In this document: in pieces, positions 48,602 to 59,424 of the stretch
Layout: each line of letters starts with the position of its first letter
Numbering within the stretch: the first letter of the stretch is position 1
IMG/VR virus record: IMGVR_UViG_3300027706_000010
Span: 1-61,552 of that record
DNA: 61,552 nt
Reading direction: 5' to 3' (one strand)
Source of the DNA: a virus
Lineage: Duplodnaviria; Caudoviricetes
Made by a program: the position numbers and the translations under genes
The notes under the pieces: generated by a model
What the model saw: the letters and a program-made list of their open reading frames with translations, nothing else
Database searches by the model: none
What the model was told of the DNA's origin: nothing

Positions 48602-49993
48602 TCATCGCCAGTAATTCTTGAGCTTTTCAAACTCTTTTTCACATTCCTGTGCCTGTAATGCTTCCTGCCAGAGCAGCTCTTTGTACTCCTGGTCCGAGTA
48701 GCCAGAAAAGACGCGCACCCCATCAATGATCTCAATACGCTTCTCAGTCTGTGCAGCAGCGACAGGCTGCACAAAAAATGGATCATCCTCGATGGTCCGG
48801 GCGTCATGCGCTGTGTATTGCGCGGCCTCTATCCCGTACTGCACCCACTCTCGCAGCGTACATACCCCGTTCGGCTGTGACTGCAAGAGTTCGTTCGGAT
48901 CTTTCCAGAGCGCCGGGGACCAGCGTGTTACGCAATTCGATAGCGCTCCAGGACGATACAAGACCGGCCCGGTATCTGGTTCCGCATACCAGACACCCAT
49001 CCAATACTCTGATCCAGCATCACCAGCTGCATCATCATCAAACGATTGCAGCACAAAGCTGGCTAGTGAGAGATCCCCAAGCCAGCGTGCCACCCGCGCA
49101 CCACCTGCACCACCCGTCGCCACACAGGCAATGAGATCGCCAGCTTCCTGCATGACCGATAAGCAATCAAACTCACCTTCGACCAGCATGGCCGGGTGAT
49201 CGGGCCGGATCGCATCAACGTTATACAGGCCCTTGCCGCTGCCAGGCACCTGCCCATACGAGAAGTCGGGATCATGGGGGCGTTTGATTGCAATTTTCCA
49301 GAGTCGATCCCCCTCGAACCAGGGAATCACTATGCCGTCCGGGATACGCACGCCCCTCCTGCACTGTTCTTCGGTAAGCTGGTCGGGATCAAGGCCCCAG
49401 TCGGCAAAGCTGAATTGCCACCACGAACCATCCTTTTGCCGGGGGATACAGCCCAGGTGCGCGTATTTGATCGTCTCATCGGATAAGCCCCTGCCTCTCA
49501 GATAGGCCAGCCAGCGCTGCCCCTCCGAGGATTTCGAATGCCACAAATAGCGTTCAGCCCGCTCAACGATGAGCTTGCCGAAATCTTGCCATTTTTTGCA
49601 CGGGGGCGCATCTTTCGCAGTGAGTTCGGCAATATCGGGCGGCGTGACAGTTGCACCAGACAGATCGCCAGGATCAAGGCCCAACTCCTGGCAAGCATCG
49701 ACAAACGAAAGATGACAATACTGGCGCAAAAAGTCAACGCCGTCCCCCTTTGCATCACAGACCCGGCACCAGTAATGTGGACGCCCGGCATGCGGCCAGA
49801 CATGAAATCGGTTATCGCCCGTCCCGCAAAACGGACAAGCTCCCCAATATTCACCCCCGCCCGTTGTCGCACGCCGAACAAGACGAATACCGGAGCGCTG
49901 CTCGATGAGAGAGACAAGATCAATAGTTGGCGCTTGCAGCACAGCGCGCCTCCTCTTCACTGGCAAAGAGATGGATCGATGCTTTACAGTCAA
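48602..49993 (-). CDS. DnaG-type primase (zinc finger plus TOPRIM)
   Basis: CPFCG...CRVC, LVEGEFD, FDDDAAG. Confidence 0.85.
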   Translation of the reverse strand: MTVKHRSISLPVKRRRAVLQAPTIDLVSLIEQRSGIRLVRRATTGGGEYWGACPFCGTGDNRFHVWPHAGRPHYWCRVCDAKGDGVDFLRQYCHLSFVDACQELGLDPGDLSGATVTPPDIAELTAKDAPPCKKWQDFGKLIVERAERYLWHSKSSEGQRWLAYLRGRGLSDETIKYAHLGCIPRQKDGSWWQFSFADWGLDPDQLTEEQCRRGVRIPDGIVIPWFEGDRLWKIAIKRPHDPDFSYGQVPGSGKGLYNVDAIRPDHPAMLVEGEFDCLSVMQEAGDLIACVATGGAGGARVARWLGDLSLASFVLQSFDDDAAGDAGSEYWMGVWYAEPDTGPVLYRPGALSNCVTRWSPALWKDPNELLQSQPNGVCTLREWVQYGIEAAQYTAHDARTIEDDPFFVQPVAAAQTEKRIEIIDGVRVFSGYSDQEYKELLWQEALQAQECEKEFEKLKNYWR

Positions 49994-50266
49994 GCAGGAT
50001 GTTCAGCGCGTACCAACGCGCCGCCGCTTCGCTATAGCTGAGATCATCCAATAAAGCCCGCTGTTTCGGATACCATTTTTTCGTTGCCTGGTCAACGAAT
50101 GCGCCAAACACCTCCTGCTCGCAGCACTCAACATTATAGGCGCGCCCATCGTGGACAAACCACGCGCGCAAGGCTGTATGATAGCTGATCTTCGGCGGAT
50201 GTGGCACGTCGAGCACATCGTTATGCGATTTGTGGAAAACGATTGTTTGCCGTCGGGCCATTACAC

Positions 50267-50542
50267 TCACCATCCTTTCGCATCAGTTACACGCGATGGA
50301 CGCGGCTCAACACGCGCCGGGCGCGATGGCTCCGGGAAAGTCAGACATTCCTGCCCCTGCGCATCTTTCGAGAGGAATCCAAAATCGCGCAACTGCGCGA
50401 CGGCACGCGCCAACGTGCCACACTCTGTAATACCGGAGGTGGCAATGGCGACATCGTAGGTCGCTCCTTCTCGCTGCATGGCAAGAAAGGCCAGCAAAAG
50501 TCGGGCCGATGACGGCCTGAGTTTCGCGATAGTGGGATTCAT
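50267..50542 (-). CDS. Small winged-helix-like protein
   Basis: ATYDVAIATSG..TLARAVAQL..GFL. Confidence 0.45.
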   Translation of the reverse strand: MNPTIAKLRPSSARLLLAFLAMQREGATYDVAIATSGITECGTLARAVAQLRDFGFLSKDAQGQECLTFPEPSRPARVEPRPSRVTDAKGW

Positions 50543-52236
50543 GGTTCAATGTCCTCCTGTGGTTCTTCGATCAGCTTATATTTGGTTGCATGCGAGGTCG
50601 CAAACGATTCGACCTTGCCGTATTTCATCAACTGCGACAACATGCTTTCTAACTGTTTCGTGCTGTAATTCTTCATATAGCTAGTGCGCAGCGCATTCAG
50701 TGTAAGTGGGCCGACGCGTTTCAAATGCCGCAGGATGGCATCCTCAAGTTTCGCGTCCTCAGACTCAACCTCCTGCGGCGCATTGACCTGCATATAGATC
50801 TCGTGCAGGCTTTGCCGCAGCAACTCGGCAAGCTCTTGCGCCCTGGCCCAATGTCTGAGTTCAATGCGATTGTTATTTTCGAGCGAGGCCATCAAAAGCG
50901 CCATACGCAAAGCCGTTTCAGGCAGGCGCGCATATGAAGCGTTGAAATCCTCGTGCTCGAACGCCTGGAATAAGCGTTTGAGCGCCGACCGATAGCGCTT
51001 ATAGGCGTCATAGGCCAGCTGCGACATACGCGCTTCCGTTTCGGGCAGGGCTGTGCAGCGCGACTCGTATTTGCCAGATGGCTCACCTTTCTTATCAAAA
51101 ATTGGCTCCATCTCGCATTCTGGCACGCCTAAGCGCTCGTGCCAGGCCACCAGCGGCGCAATGAGTTCGGACGGAATGGGGAGATCGCCTAAATCGAGCG
51201 TCGCGTCACTGCCAGGGCCCGGAGGTGCCGCGACAAACGAAAAACGCCCCCAGAAGCCATCCGTCCAGAAATCCGCACCGGAGCGCGCATTGTCTTTCAG
51301 ATTGGCCGGAACCATTAAACCAAGCAAGGAAAGGTAGGGCTTCTCGATGGTTTCGGCCCCGCGCGAAATGGTACTGGTGTCGAAATGATCCGGGCAGCCG
51401 TCAAGCTCCAGAAAGATCGACATGTATTCGGCGTTGGTACTATTCTTTCTAAGCATCGATTGTACAAATTTGCCGAACTCATCGAAATACATTCCACGCT
51501 GCCCGGCCATCGCCAATTTCTGCTCCATACGACGCTGCCCGGCAGGTGACGCTTTATCGTAAGCAGCTACGTCAAAATAGCCAGCCATGTCAGACAAGAG
51601 CTTTGACGGCGTGATCCGGCGAGGAGTCAAGAGATACTCCAGACCAGCAGCAGAGAGCACGTCCAGCGCGACTTCCGCCGTCGTCGATTTGGCATAGACT
51701 GATGAGGTGCCATACAAGGCAATCATCAGGTTGGTTGTAATCCGCTTGCGCTGAAGTGGCAGATATACGCGCCGCGCGGCAACCGTTGAGAGCAGCCACA
51801 GGCCACAAAACACATGATACTGCTCGTAGCCCTCCGGCGATGCTTCTTTGCTGAATTGCTCGTACCTATCCAGCCACGCGCACGCCCCCCGACTGGCATC
51901 CGGGGGCAATCGCGCCTCAACTGGTAACTCTGGCATGCCACTATCACGCTCTGGCACAACCAGGCAAGAAGCAGACGAAGAAGAGAGCAGATCAGCCAGC
52001 TGTGGATACTGGCGCTCGTAGACAGCAAAAAGCCGGGCCATCGCCCCGGCATCACCGTGATATTTCTCGAAGCGCTCAACAAGCTCGCACACAATGTTTG
52101 CCCACGAGCCACAATCAGCCGGGCGATGCTCTGGCATTACTCCTTCTCGCAGCGCAAGCAGGTACGCGCGTACCGCACGATCTGTGTCTATTTTTTCAGG
52201 CATCAGTAAAACCATACCGGGATCTTTCTTTAGCAT
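50539..52236 (-). CDS. DUF3987/YfjI-like AAA+ replication protein
   Basis: Degenerate Walker A GTSSVYAKST, Walker B YFDEFG, DGFWGRF, C-terminal wHTH; upstream of primase. Confidence 0.65.
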   Translation of the reverse strand: MLKKDPGMVLLMPEKIDTDRAVRAYLLALREGVMPEHRPADCGSWANIVCELVERFEKYHGDAGAMARLFAVYERQYPQLADLLSSSSASCLVVPERDSGMPELPVEARLPPDASRGACAWLDRYEQFSKEASPEGYEQYHVFCGLWLLSTVAARRVYLPLQRKRITTNLMIALYGTSSVYAKSTTAEVALDVLSAAGLEYLLTPRRITPSKLLSDMAGYFDVAAYDKASPAGQRRMEQKLAMAGQRGMYFDEFGKFVQSMLRKNSTNAEYMSIFLELDGCPDHFDTSTISRGAETIEKPYLSLLGLMVPANLKDNARSGADFWTDGFWGRFSFVAAPPGPGSDATLDLGDLPIPSELIAPLVAWHERLGVPECEMEPIFDKKGEPSGKYESRCTALPETEARMSQLAYDAYKRYRSALKRLFQAFEHEDFNASYARLPETALRMALLMASLENNNRIELRHWARAQELAELLRQSLHEIYMQVNAPQEVESEDAKLEDAILRHLKRVGPLTLNALRTSYMKNYSTKQLESMLSQLMKYGKVESFATSHATKYKLIEEPQEDIEP

Positions 52237-52456
52237 AGATGAGGACAGGCAGGAGCAGAAAACGGGATGGATACAACAGAGAAGATGGGCATAACTGTTC
52301 TCCTACCACGTGGTAACGCGCCAGGGCGCGTACTCAGAAGTATATGGTATTCATTGCTACTTGTCAAGAATACAATATACTCTTGACAAGTAGTATGAAA
52401 TAGTCTATACTACAGTATAGCAAACTTTCCAAATTACACCCATAAAGGAGAACTGC

Positions 52457-52915
52457 ATGGAGATTTTGAAGGACGACAATTATAGCCGCATCGTCGCACT
52501 GGACCGTATCGTCATCGGTGAAATGGTCGAACTGTACGCACGCTTCAACGCTGAGAAAGCACAATTTATCCGACTGGTCGAATATGGCAAAAACAGGCAT
52601 TTCGATCTCTCGTCAGCACAGGCCGACGCATTCTGTGAAGCGTGGCTGGCATACCGCGCCGACCAGAAAGCAAAAAGCGAGAAAGAAGCCGCGCGCAACG
52701 CTGAATTGATCGCCAAAGCCTACCACATCGCGCAGGAATGCCCGGCAATTAAAATCCAGGATGATCGAACAAACAATGGCACGCTGATGTGGTCTGTGTC
52801 CGTGCCAGAACTCGGTTTCTGGTGGGCTGATGATTGGTTTGATTCGCCAGAAATCCTCCTTAAGAGAGTCAAGGACGCACGCGATATCTGGGAACATGCA
52901 CGCCTAGCAGAATAA
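52457..52915 (+). CDS. Hypothetical protein
   Basis: TTGACA-17-TATACT promoter (52384) and AAAGGAG RBS. Confidence 0.6.
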   Translation: MEILKDDNYSRIVALDRIVIGEMVELYARFNAEKAQFIRLVEYGKNRHFDLSSAQADAFCEAWLAYRADQKAKSEKEAARNAELIAKAYHIAQECPAIKIQDDRTNNGTLMWSVSVPELGFWWADDWFDSPEILLKRVKDARDIWEHARLAE

Positions 52916-53304
52916 TACCTTCTTGTCGCCCACTGCCCGGACTACCAGCATCGTAGGCAGCCCTGAAAGGAGAACGCAATGGCTAAAAAGAAAAAGAAAC
53001 TCTTAAGGCGCATCACACACGCTCTGGAAGCTGCGAATACAATCAGCGCCGCAACCTGTGGCGCACTTTCCATTATAGCCCACACGGCAGCAACGGCAGC
53101 AACCGCCGCTGCTGAGCCATCCCGGCAAGAACAGGAGGTGAATGACAGAACAGACAACTGAATAGGTGGCACAATCAGGTACTTGCCCAAAAGCGCCAGG
53201 CAAAGCGAGACGGGAACCCCGCCAGCCTGGCGCTTTCTTCTAGCCCTTGCATAACTATGCTATACTAAAAGTGCCTTTGCCGAAGTAGCACGCAAAATCG
53301 GCGT

Positions 53305-53368
53305 TCGCCTGCAGGCGGTATACGGCGCACATCAAGAGGCGTTGCAGGTTCAACTCCTGCCGGGCGAT
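53305..53368 (+). ncRNA. tRNA-like element (acceptor and T arm intact, D and anticodon arms non-canonical)
   Basis: tcgcctg/cgggcga stem; gcagg-TTCAACT-cctgc T arm; TGcTATACT promoter at 53258. Confidence 0.45.
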
Positions 53369-53443
53369 TTGATACCAGGTGGGACGGCCCACCGCTGAGG
53401 CCAATTTGCCGAAGCTAACTGCCGTGATGAGCTACAAATCATC

Positions 53444-53804
53444 GCACACGAGCCAGCAACGTAGAAAGTTGCTGGCCCCTCTGTTTTTTACGGCTTGCTT
53501 CTTGTTACTCCCATCAGCCCTTTTCATTTTACCGAATATAATTATTGACAAGCCTGGATGAATATGATAGACTCCTGACGAGTAAGGTGCAGGCCAAAGT
53601 ACCTCCTACAAACTACCAGCCGGGCAGGTCCTGAATATCTCCCCGGATGAGTAGCTCCACAGAGGATACAATGGCCTGCTATCTTTTTGATACCAGGTAG
53701 TGGACCGGCCACCACTAAAACGGCACACGGGGCAGCAGCATAGAAAGCTGCTGGCTCCTCTGTTTCTTACGGCTTGCTTCTTGTTACTCCCATCAGCCCT
53801 TTTC
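53444..53804 (+). repeat. Two near-identical ~82-bp hairpin/terminator modules (53444-53525, 53723-53804)
   Basis: gcacacg..cagca.c.tagaaag.tgctggc.cctctgttt.ttacggcttgcttcttgttactcccatcagcccttttc. Confidence 0.9.
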
Positions 53805-53874
53805 GTCGTATCGAATCGAATCTCTTCTTTTTTTTATTGTCGCTCTAACATTACGTCACTACGGGAGAACATCT

Positions 53875-54507
53875 ATGCATAACTACCTGGATTTCTTTTT
53901 CAATCATCTCGCGAAACCATTTATTGCCGTCTGCCTCACCCTCGCCCTCTGCGGATTTGGCTATGTTGGCTATATGCTCATCACCCTGCCACCTGCACAG
54001 CATAGTGGCACCAACGACATAGCCATGATTCCTCCGCCCCGAGGCATCGCAGGCGGAGGCACAGCCAGCACCACAACTCTGACAGCCAGCTTGCCCTCAC
54101 CTACAGCCACCTCAATGCCGATCACCGCCGCACAGCCCACACCATCCCCTATCATTACCATACAGCCCACACAACAAGCACCGGCAACCCAACCAACGCC
54201 CACGCCAAAACCAACCCGAATACCTGCCACCCCAACGCCCACACCCATCCCTCCACAGCCCTCCCCATCTCCACCTATCCAGCCCGGCGTGAATGGCAAC
54301 CCCTGGGGCTATGACTTCAATCCAGGAACGGTGATTACCCATCCACCAGCCCAGTTCTGTCAATACTTCAATTGCATCCCCTCATTCTGGCAAGGAAACG
54401 GTTACGTGGAGGAATGCCAGGACGGCACCTATAGCTTATCAGGTGGCATTCAAGGCTCCTGCTCATTTCATGGAGGAGATTGGCGCACACTCTACCAGCA
54501 CCACTAA
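53875..54507 (+). CDS. Membrane-anchored Pro/Thr-rich surface protein with Cys-rich C-terminus (DUF3761-like)
   Basis: N-terminal TM, PT stalk, CQDGTYS...GSCSFHGG. Confidence 0.65.
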   Translation: MHNYLDFFFNHLAKPFIAVCLTLALCGFGYVGYMLITLPPAQHSGTNDIAMIPPPRGIAGGGTASTTTLTASLPSPTATSMPITAAQPTPSPIITIQPTQQAPATQPTPTPKPTRIPATPTPTPIPPQPSPSPPIQPGVNGNPWGYDFNPGTVITHPPAQFCQYFNCIPSFWQGNGYVEECQDGTYSLSGGIQGSCSFHGGDWRTLYQHH

Positions 54508-55302
54508 CCAGTGTGCTATACTGTCTATGGCGAGACTGTCATGCAGCAAGCTGTCTGGCGCGTTCCCAGACGGTCAAAGCCCTTTCTTTCAATGCTAAGC
54601 ACAACAAAAAGCCACCTCAAACAGCGAGGTGGCTTTCTTCTTGCTTTTGTCTGCGTTCTGGCTGTGCCATTACAAAAGTTTGATAGCGCCAGTATACCAG
54701 AAATTACCGATTCAGACAAACAACAGAAAGTGCAGAACCCCATCTGCACTTTGAAAATAACCATCAATCCAGGCAGGAAGCTGGCCCAATGGTAAAGTAC
54801 AGAAGTGCAGAAACAAAAGACAGGAAACACACATACACAGAGCCGCACACAACAACAGCATTACTTTTCAGTAGACCGTTCGCTTGCATAGATAGAATTA
54901 CCAGCATAGCGTATACTGTGTTACACAGTACGCTCACTAACTAGAGACTAGAAAGGAGCACAAAAAGACGCCGCGCCCACCATACAAGCAGCACGCGGCG
55001 CCAACTCGAACTGTCGTCCCACGTAGCGAAACTACAGATGAGTCCAATGTAGGTAGAAAGAGATTTGTTATGATACCTATTGCCTCACTTGATGCCCTCA
55101 CCTCCGGCGACTATATTTTTACCCAATGGGATGATGGCAGCATCACTATCGAACATGTCAACTATGCCAATGATCCCACGCTCGAACATGTACTACTGCC
55201 AGCCGAGCAGGTCATTGACCTGCTACAATTTCTCACGAAAATAACCGCATAACTTTTCATTATTCTTTCCCTCCTGGCAAACCCATTGCCAGGAGTCTTT
55301 TT

Positions 55303-55515
55303 TTATTTCGAATCATTCGGCACGCTCTCTACCAACTCCCTCACATCCACTCCGAGCGCTTTCGCGATCTTATCCAGGAGTTCTGTCGAAACCGGCCGGT
55401 ACGGATCACGCCAGAGCCGTTTGATCGTCGAAAAACTGACATCCGATCTGCGCGATAATTGCGACATGTTGAGTCCTTTCGCTTGCGCGACTTCCTTGAT
55501 TTTCAAACGGATCAT
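55303..55515 (-). CDS. XRE/Cro-C1 HTH regulator
   Basis: KGLNMSQLSRRSDVSFSTI...LDKIAKALGV. Confidence 0.85.
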   Translation of the reverse strand: MIRLKIKEVAQAKGLNMSQLSRRSDVSFSTIKRLWRDPYRPVSTELLDKIAKALGVDVRELVESVPNDSK

Positions 55516-55718
55516 CGTCCTTTCTTTCTGCACTTTGCTGCGCGCGATTGTAACACAGCCTGCTTGTTGACACCATTCAGCATGATAGGTTAAGCTCTCT
55601 CTATTGAGCACTACTGCTTAATCAGTACAGCACCAATAATCGACAAAAAATTGGACACGGAGAGAGGAACACATTTTCAATGTCTCATTATGAGTGAGTA
55701 GAAAGAGGAGAACACAAC

Positions 55719-56310
55719 ATGCAATCCTGGCATCCATCCCGGCCCATCTCGACACCACCACAGGAGCCGATCACCGATCTCACCATCGACAATGCTCCAG
55801 GTCGCTATTCAGGTGACGCACTCCTCTTCCTCGTCCAGCACGGCGCCCGCGTCGAGGAAGAACGCTTTATTCTGAGAATTACCTTCCCCCCAAACACTAC
55901 CATCCAGGATTTGCCACGCGCTATCGCCCGACGCCGCAGGATTACCTTCCCCGATGGCGCGTGTGTCATCTCCATCGAGGATGACACGCTGCCCATCGGC
56001 AGCCGTCGTGCCCTGCTGATCCCACAACTACACAAGGAGGTGCCGCGTGGCTGAACCAATCATCACCCGCGACCTGGCCGCGCAGCAGATTGGCTGGTTC
56101 TATGTGCTCTACGACAACCAGGGATGCACCATCATCCCCGCATGGCCGTCACCAGAACGTTTTCGCATTACCAGTCCCAGAGCAAGTAATCCCATTCTAT
56201 TTTTTCAGCATTATACCCTGCTTTTCCGCCAACTCCGCGACGGGAAAGCAGGGATGATCCCGCCGGGACTGGAGCCATACCGGCTTGACAAAACAGGCTA
56301 TCTTTCTTAA
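55719..56310 (+). other. Two small hypothetical genes (55719-56054, 56047-56310)
   Basis: GAGGAG and AAGGAGG RBS; overlapping. Confidence 0.5.
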
Positions 56311-57114
56311 CCTGAGCAATGAGATCTATCGCATCGTCTAGCGATCCGCCGCTAAGGACGCCTGCGCGCGCGCTGTTGCTTTAGCAGGTGGGAAAAGGGG
56401 AACGCGGCGGCCCTGCGTGGGATTCCCCACAAGGAACTCCCCTGGATAGATCACCAGATTGCCCGATAGAAGTTGGCCCCTATCGGGCAATCTCCACATA
56501 GAACAGCGCTCAGACATAACTCAGCAAACAAACTACAGAACATCTACAGATTACCTCACACGGCTTTACAGGCCGATCTATGACCAATGTGCAGAAACTA
56601 CAGAGAAAGTGCAGAACAAAAAAAATGTCCATAGATCGGCCTGGCAAGCGGCGCGAGAGGTGCAAACTACAGAACTACAGAAGATTTTCCCGAAAATAAA
56701 AAAATATCTCCCAGGCAAGAGGTGGGCGATTAACTTGTTATCTTGTCTGTACAAGTCATCCCTTTTCTTTAAAAATCCTGGCAAGAAGGAAGAGGCATTT
56801 ATCTTGTCCGAACAACCTGACATACGGACATACGAAAAATGGCCTATACGTAGTATAGGAATATTATAAGTAATAATAATTAATATAAGTAATATAATAT
56901 CTTACAGTAATGGATTGTTCATGATGTACGTACATCATAACATCCTATTCTTGCCTGGATAAACAAGCTTTTTTTCTTGCCTGGCTAATCTGTAGATCTG
57001 AGATAGCTGTACTTGTAGAAAGAATGTTCATTGGCGCTAGGAATCAGACAAAAGACTTGCTATGCTGATTTTACTAGCTCATTCCTATCCATTCTTGCCT
57101 GGAGGTGTATCATT

Positions 57115-57330
57115 ATGGCGCGAAAACGTGATAGTATTTCAGAGATACCGGCACAGTTGCCTGATAATCTTTTGACAATTGAAGATGTGCAGCAGAGACT
57201 CAAAATTGGACGGAAACAAATTCTGTGGCTGATCGCTCATGAAGGGTTGCCCTGCATCCGGTGGGGATACCGGACGCTGCGCTTTCATCCCGACGCGCTT
57301 GCCCGGTGGCTGGCTGAGCAGGCCATGTAG
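57115..57330 (+). CDS. Excisionase-like HTH
   Basis: LLTIEDVQQRLKI...GLP.IR.G...RF; upstream of int. Confidence 0.75.
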   Translation: MARKRDSISEIPAQLPDNLLTIEDVQQRLKIGRKQILWLIAHEGLPCIRWGYRTLRFHPDALARWLAEQAM

Positions 57331-57353
57331 CACAAAAGAAAGGAGGATAAGCC

Positions 57354-57728
57354 ATGTCAGAAATAAGAAAGCCCGATGAGGATCTCAAAGATTACCTGGG
57401 ATACAACAGGGATATCTTCATGCTTGAAGATATCGCTAATATCCATGCAATGGTGCCGGGACATAACGACGATGATAACTGGTACTGGATCATCGAATTA
57501 AAAGACGGGCGTTTCCTGCTGACTTCTGCCCGGTGTGATTATACCGGGTGGGATTGTCAATCCGGTGGCAGTAGCCAGGTTGCAGCAAGCGCGATGGAAG
57601 CCGCTCAACTTGCACCGGAGAAAGAAGAGTATACCTGGCGTGACATCAGGCACAATCTTATTGCCCAGTTGCAAGGCGAACAGCCGTTCGGATTGGAGGT
57701 AACACCGAAAAATCCATCCAGGTATTAG
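57354..57728 (+). CDS. Hypothetical acidic protein
   Basis: AAAGGAGG RBS; CDYTGWDCQ motif. Confidence 0.6.
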   Translation: MSEIRKPDEDLKDYLGYNRDIFMLEDIANIHAMVPGHNDDDNWYWIIELKDGRFLLTSARCDYTGWDCQSGGSSQVAASAMEAAQLAPEKEEYTWRDIRHNLIAQLQGEQPFGLEVTPKNPSRY

Positions 57729-57751
57729 ATCGGCAGAAAGGAGAACATACC

Positions 57752-58867
57752 ATGTCAAAGAAGCGTGCTGATGGTCGCTATGCGCGTAGTTTTCGGCTGG
57801 CTGATGGCACGCGCAAATATGTCTATGGTCGGACGCGTCAGGAAGCGGAGCGCAAGCTGATCGAGGCAAAGCAGCAGGCGGAGCGCGGCCAGCTTGTCAA
57901 AGCGGATCGCCAGCGCACAGGCGACTTCCTGGAGTACTGGCTGTCCGTCAAAAAGCCAGGACTGCGCGCCAGCACCTACGTGCAGTATCAGTCGCGTATT
58001 CGTTCACGCATCATTCCTCTGCTCGGCAAATACCAGCTCCAGAAGCTCACGATGGCGCATATGCAGCGCTTTGTGAGTGACCTGGTGGCTGCCGATCTAG
58101 CGCCAGCGACGGTGCGCAAGATTTACACTATTCTCAAGACGGCGCTTGCTGATGCGGTGGACTGGGGGATGATCGCTGTTTCGCCGTGTAGGCGCGGAGT
58201 GAAGCTGCCATGTGAGGATGAGCGTGAAAAGGCCGTGCTCGATGAAGAGCAGGCGCGTTTGCTGCTCGATGCGGCGCGCGGCACCGATCTTGAAGCGCTT
58301 GTGACGGTGGCGCTGGCGACAGGGATGCGCTACGGCGAACTCTGCGCACTGAAATGGTCCGATATCGACTTCGAGCGCGGTGTGCTGCGCGTACAGCGTT
58401 CACTGACCTTTGTCAATGGCGAAGGGTACAGTGAGACAGCGCCGAAGACACGGAGTAGCCGTCGTTCGATTGTGCTGGCCGGTTTTGCGCTGGATGCTTT
58501 GCGGGTGCATCGTAGTGCGCAGCGCAAAGCGCGTCTGGCGGCGCCAGTCTGGGAGGATCGTGATCTGATCTTCTGTAATGCAAAGGGTGGCTATCTGTCG
58601 CATATGACGTTCTCGCGCCATTTTAAAAAGCTCCTGGCGAGTGCTGAACTTCCAGCCATGCGTTTTCACGATGTGCGCCATTCTTGTGCCACGCTGTTGT
58701 TTCGGATGCGTGTCCCGGCAAAGGTGGTGCAGGAGATCTTAGGGCATAGCACCATCAAGACAACGATGGACGAGTACGGTCATGTGCTTGCCGGGATGCA
58801 GGATGAGGCGATCAATGATCTTGACCGATTATTGTCCTCTGGGGAGCGCAAAAATGCCGCGAATTAA
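57752..58867 (+). CDS. int: Tyrosine integrase
   Basis: TGMRYGE, PKT, FHDVRH, LGHS, catalytic Y in DEYGH. Confidence 0.95.
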   Translation: MSKKRADGRYARSFRLADGTRKYVYGRTRQEAERKLIEAKQQAERGQLVKADRQRTGDFLEYWLSVKKPGLRASTYVQYQSRIRSRIIPLLGKYQLQKLTMAHMQRFVSDLVAADLAPATVRKIYTILKTALADAVDWGMIAVSPCRRGVKLPCEDEREKAVLDEEQARLLLDAARGTDLEALVTVALATGMRYGELCALKWSDIDFERGVLRVQRSLTFVNGEGYSETAPKTRSSRRSIVLAGFALDALRVHRSAQRKARLAAPVWEDRDLIFCNAKGGYLSHMTFSRHFKKLLASAELPAMRFHDVRHSCATLLFRMRVPAKVVQEILGHSTIKTTMDEYGHVLAGMQDEAINDLDRLLSSGERKNAAN

Positions 58868-59424
58868 CCTGATTTTAGCCGGTTGGCGGTCAATCTGGAT
58901 GTCAACAGCCCATAGAACAAAGTGCAGAATGGCTTTGCAGGCTGATCGAGTGGGGGCGCGGGGTAAACTATTTGCGATTATACGCTATCGTTTTCCCGTG
59001 CAGCAAGTTGGGCTGGCTGTCAGAAACAGCAGGATGATTGCCTGCTATTCTTGTCTATTCTTGCGCAATCCGGTGCTGGTTGGTGGGCAGGTTGGCGGTC
59101 AGCTTCTCCTTTTTGCCCCGGTTGTTCTGTTCTTCATTTTCATTTCAGTGAAAATCTTCTGTAGTTCTGCACTTTGTCACGTAGATCGGCCTGACAGGCG
59201 GTCTGAGTGCCATTTTTGACGTTCTGTGGTTTCTCTGCACTTTCTGTACATTGGTACTAGATTGGCCTGTGGAGCGGGCTGAGTAGTTCTGTAGATGTTC
59301 TGTAGTTTGCTTGCTGTAGATGGAAACGCGCCAGTCGCGGTTGTTTCGCGCTGGCGCGGACCTCCTGAGTTATCGGTTCAGGCGTCGTCTGAAGGATACG
59401 ACGGTGCTGGAAGGAGAATCAAGT

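Larger units (their letters stand above)
56522..59316. repeat. Imperfect ~168-bp inverted repeats (56522-56689 and 59150-59316) flanking the xis-int cassette
   Basis: Exact blocks caaactacagaacatctacaga and cagaactacagaagattttc occur in reverse complement. Confidence 0.85.

Noticed and set aside
57060-57077. Possible self-target of one TIGR unit: ttttactag exact match, with the adjacent 9 nt matching 6/9 to the reverse complement of its partner spacer
   Set aside because: A 9-mer hit is expected by chance in 61 kb and the second half is imperfect
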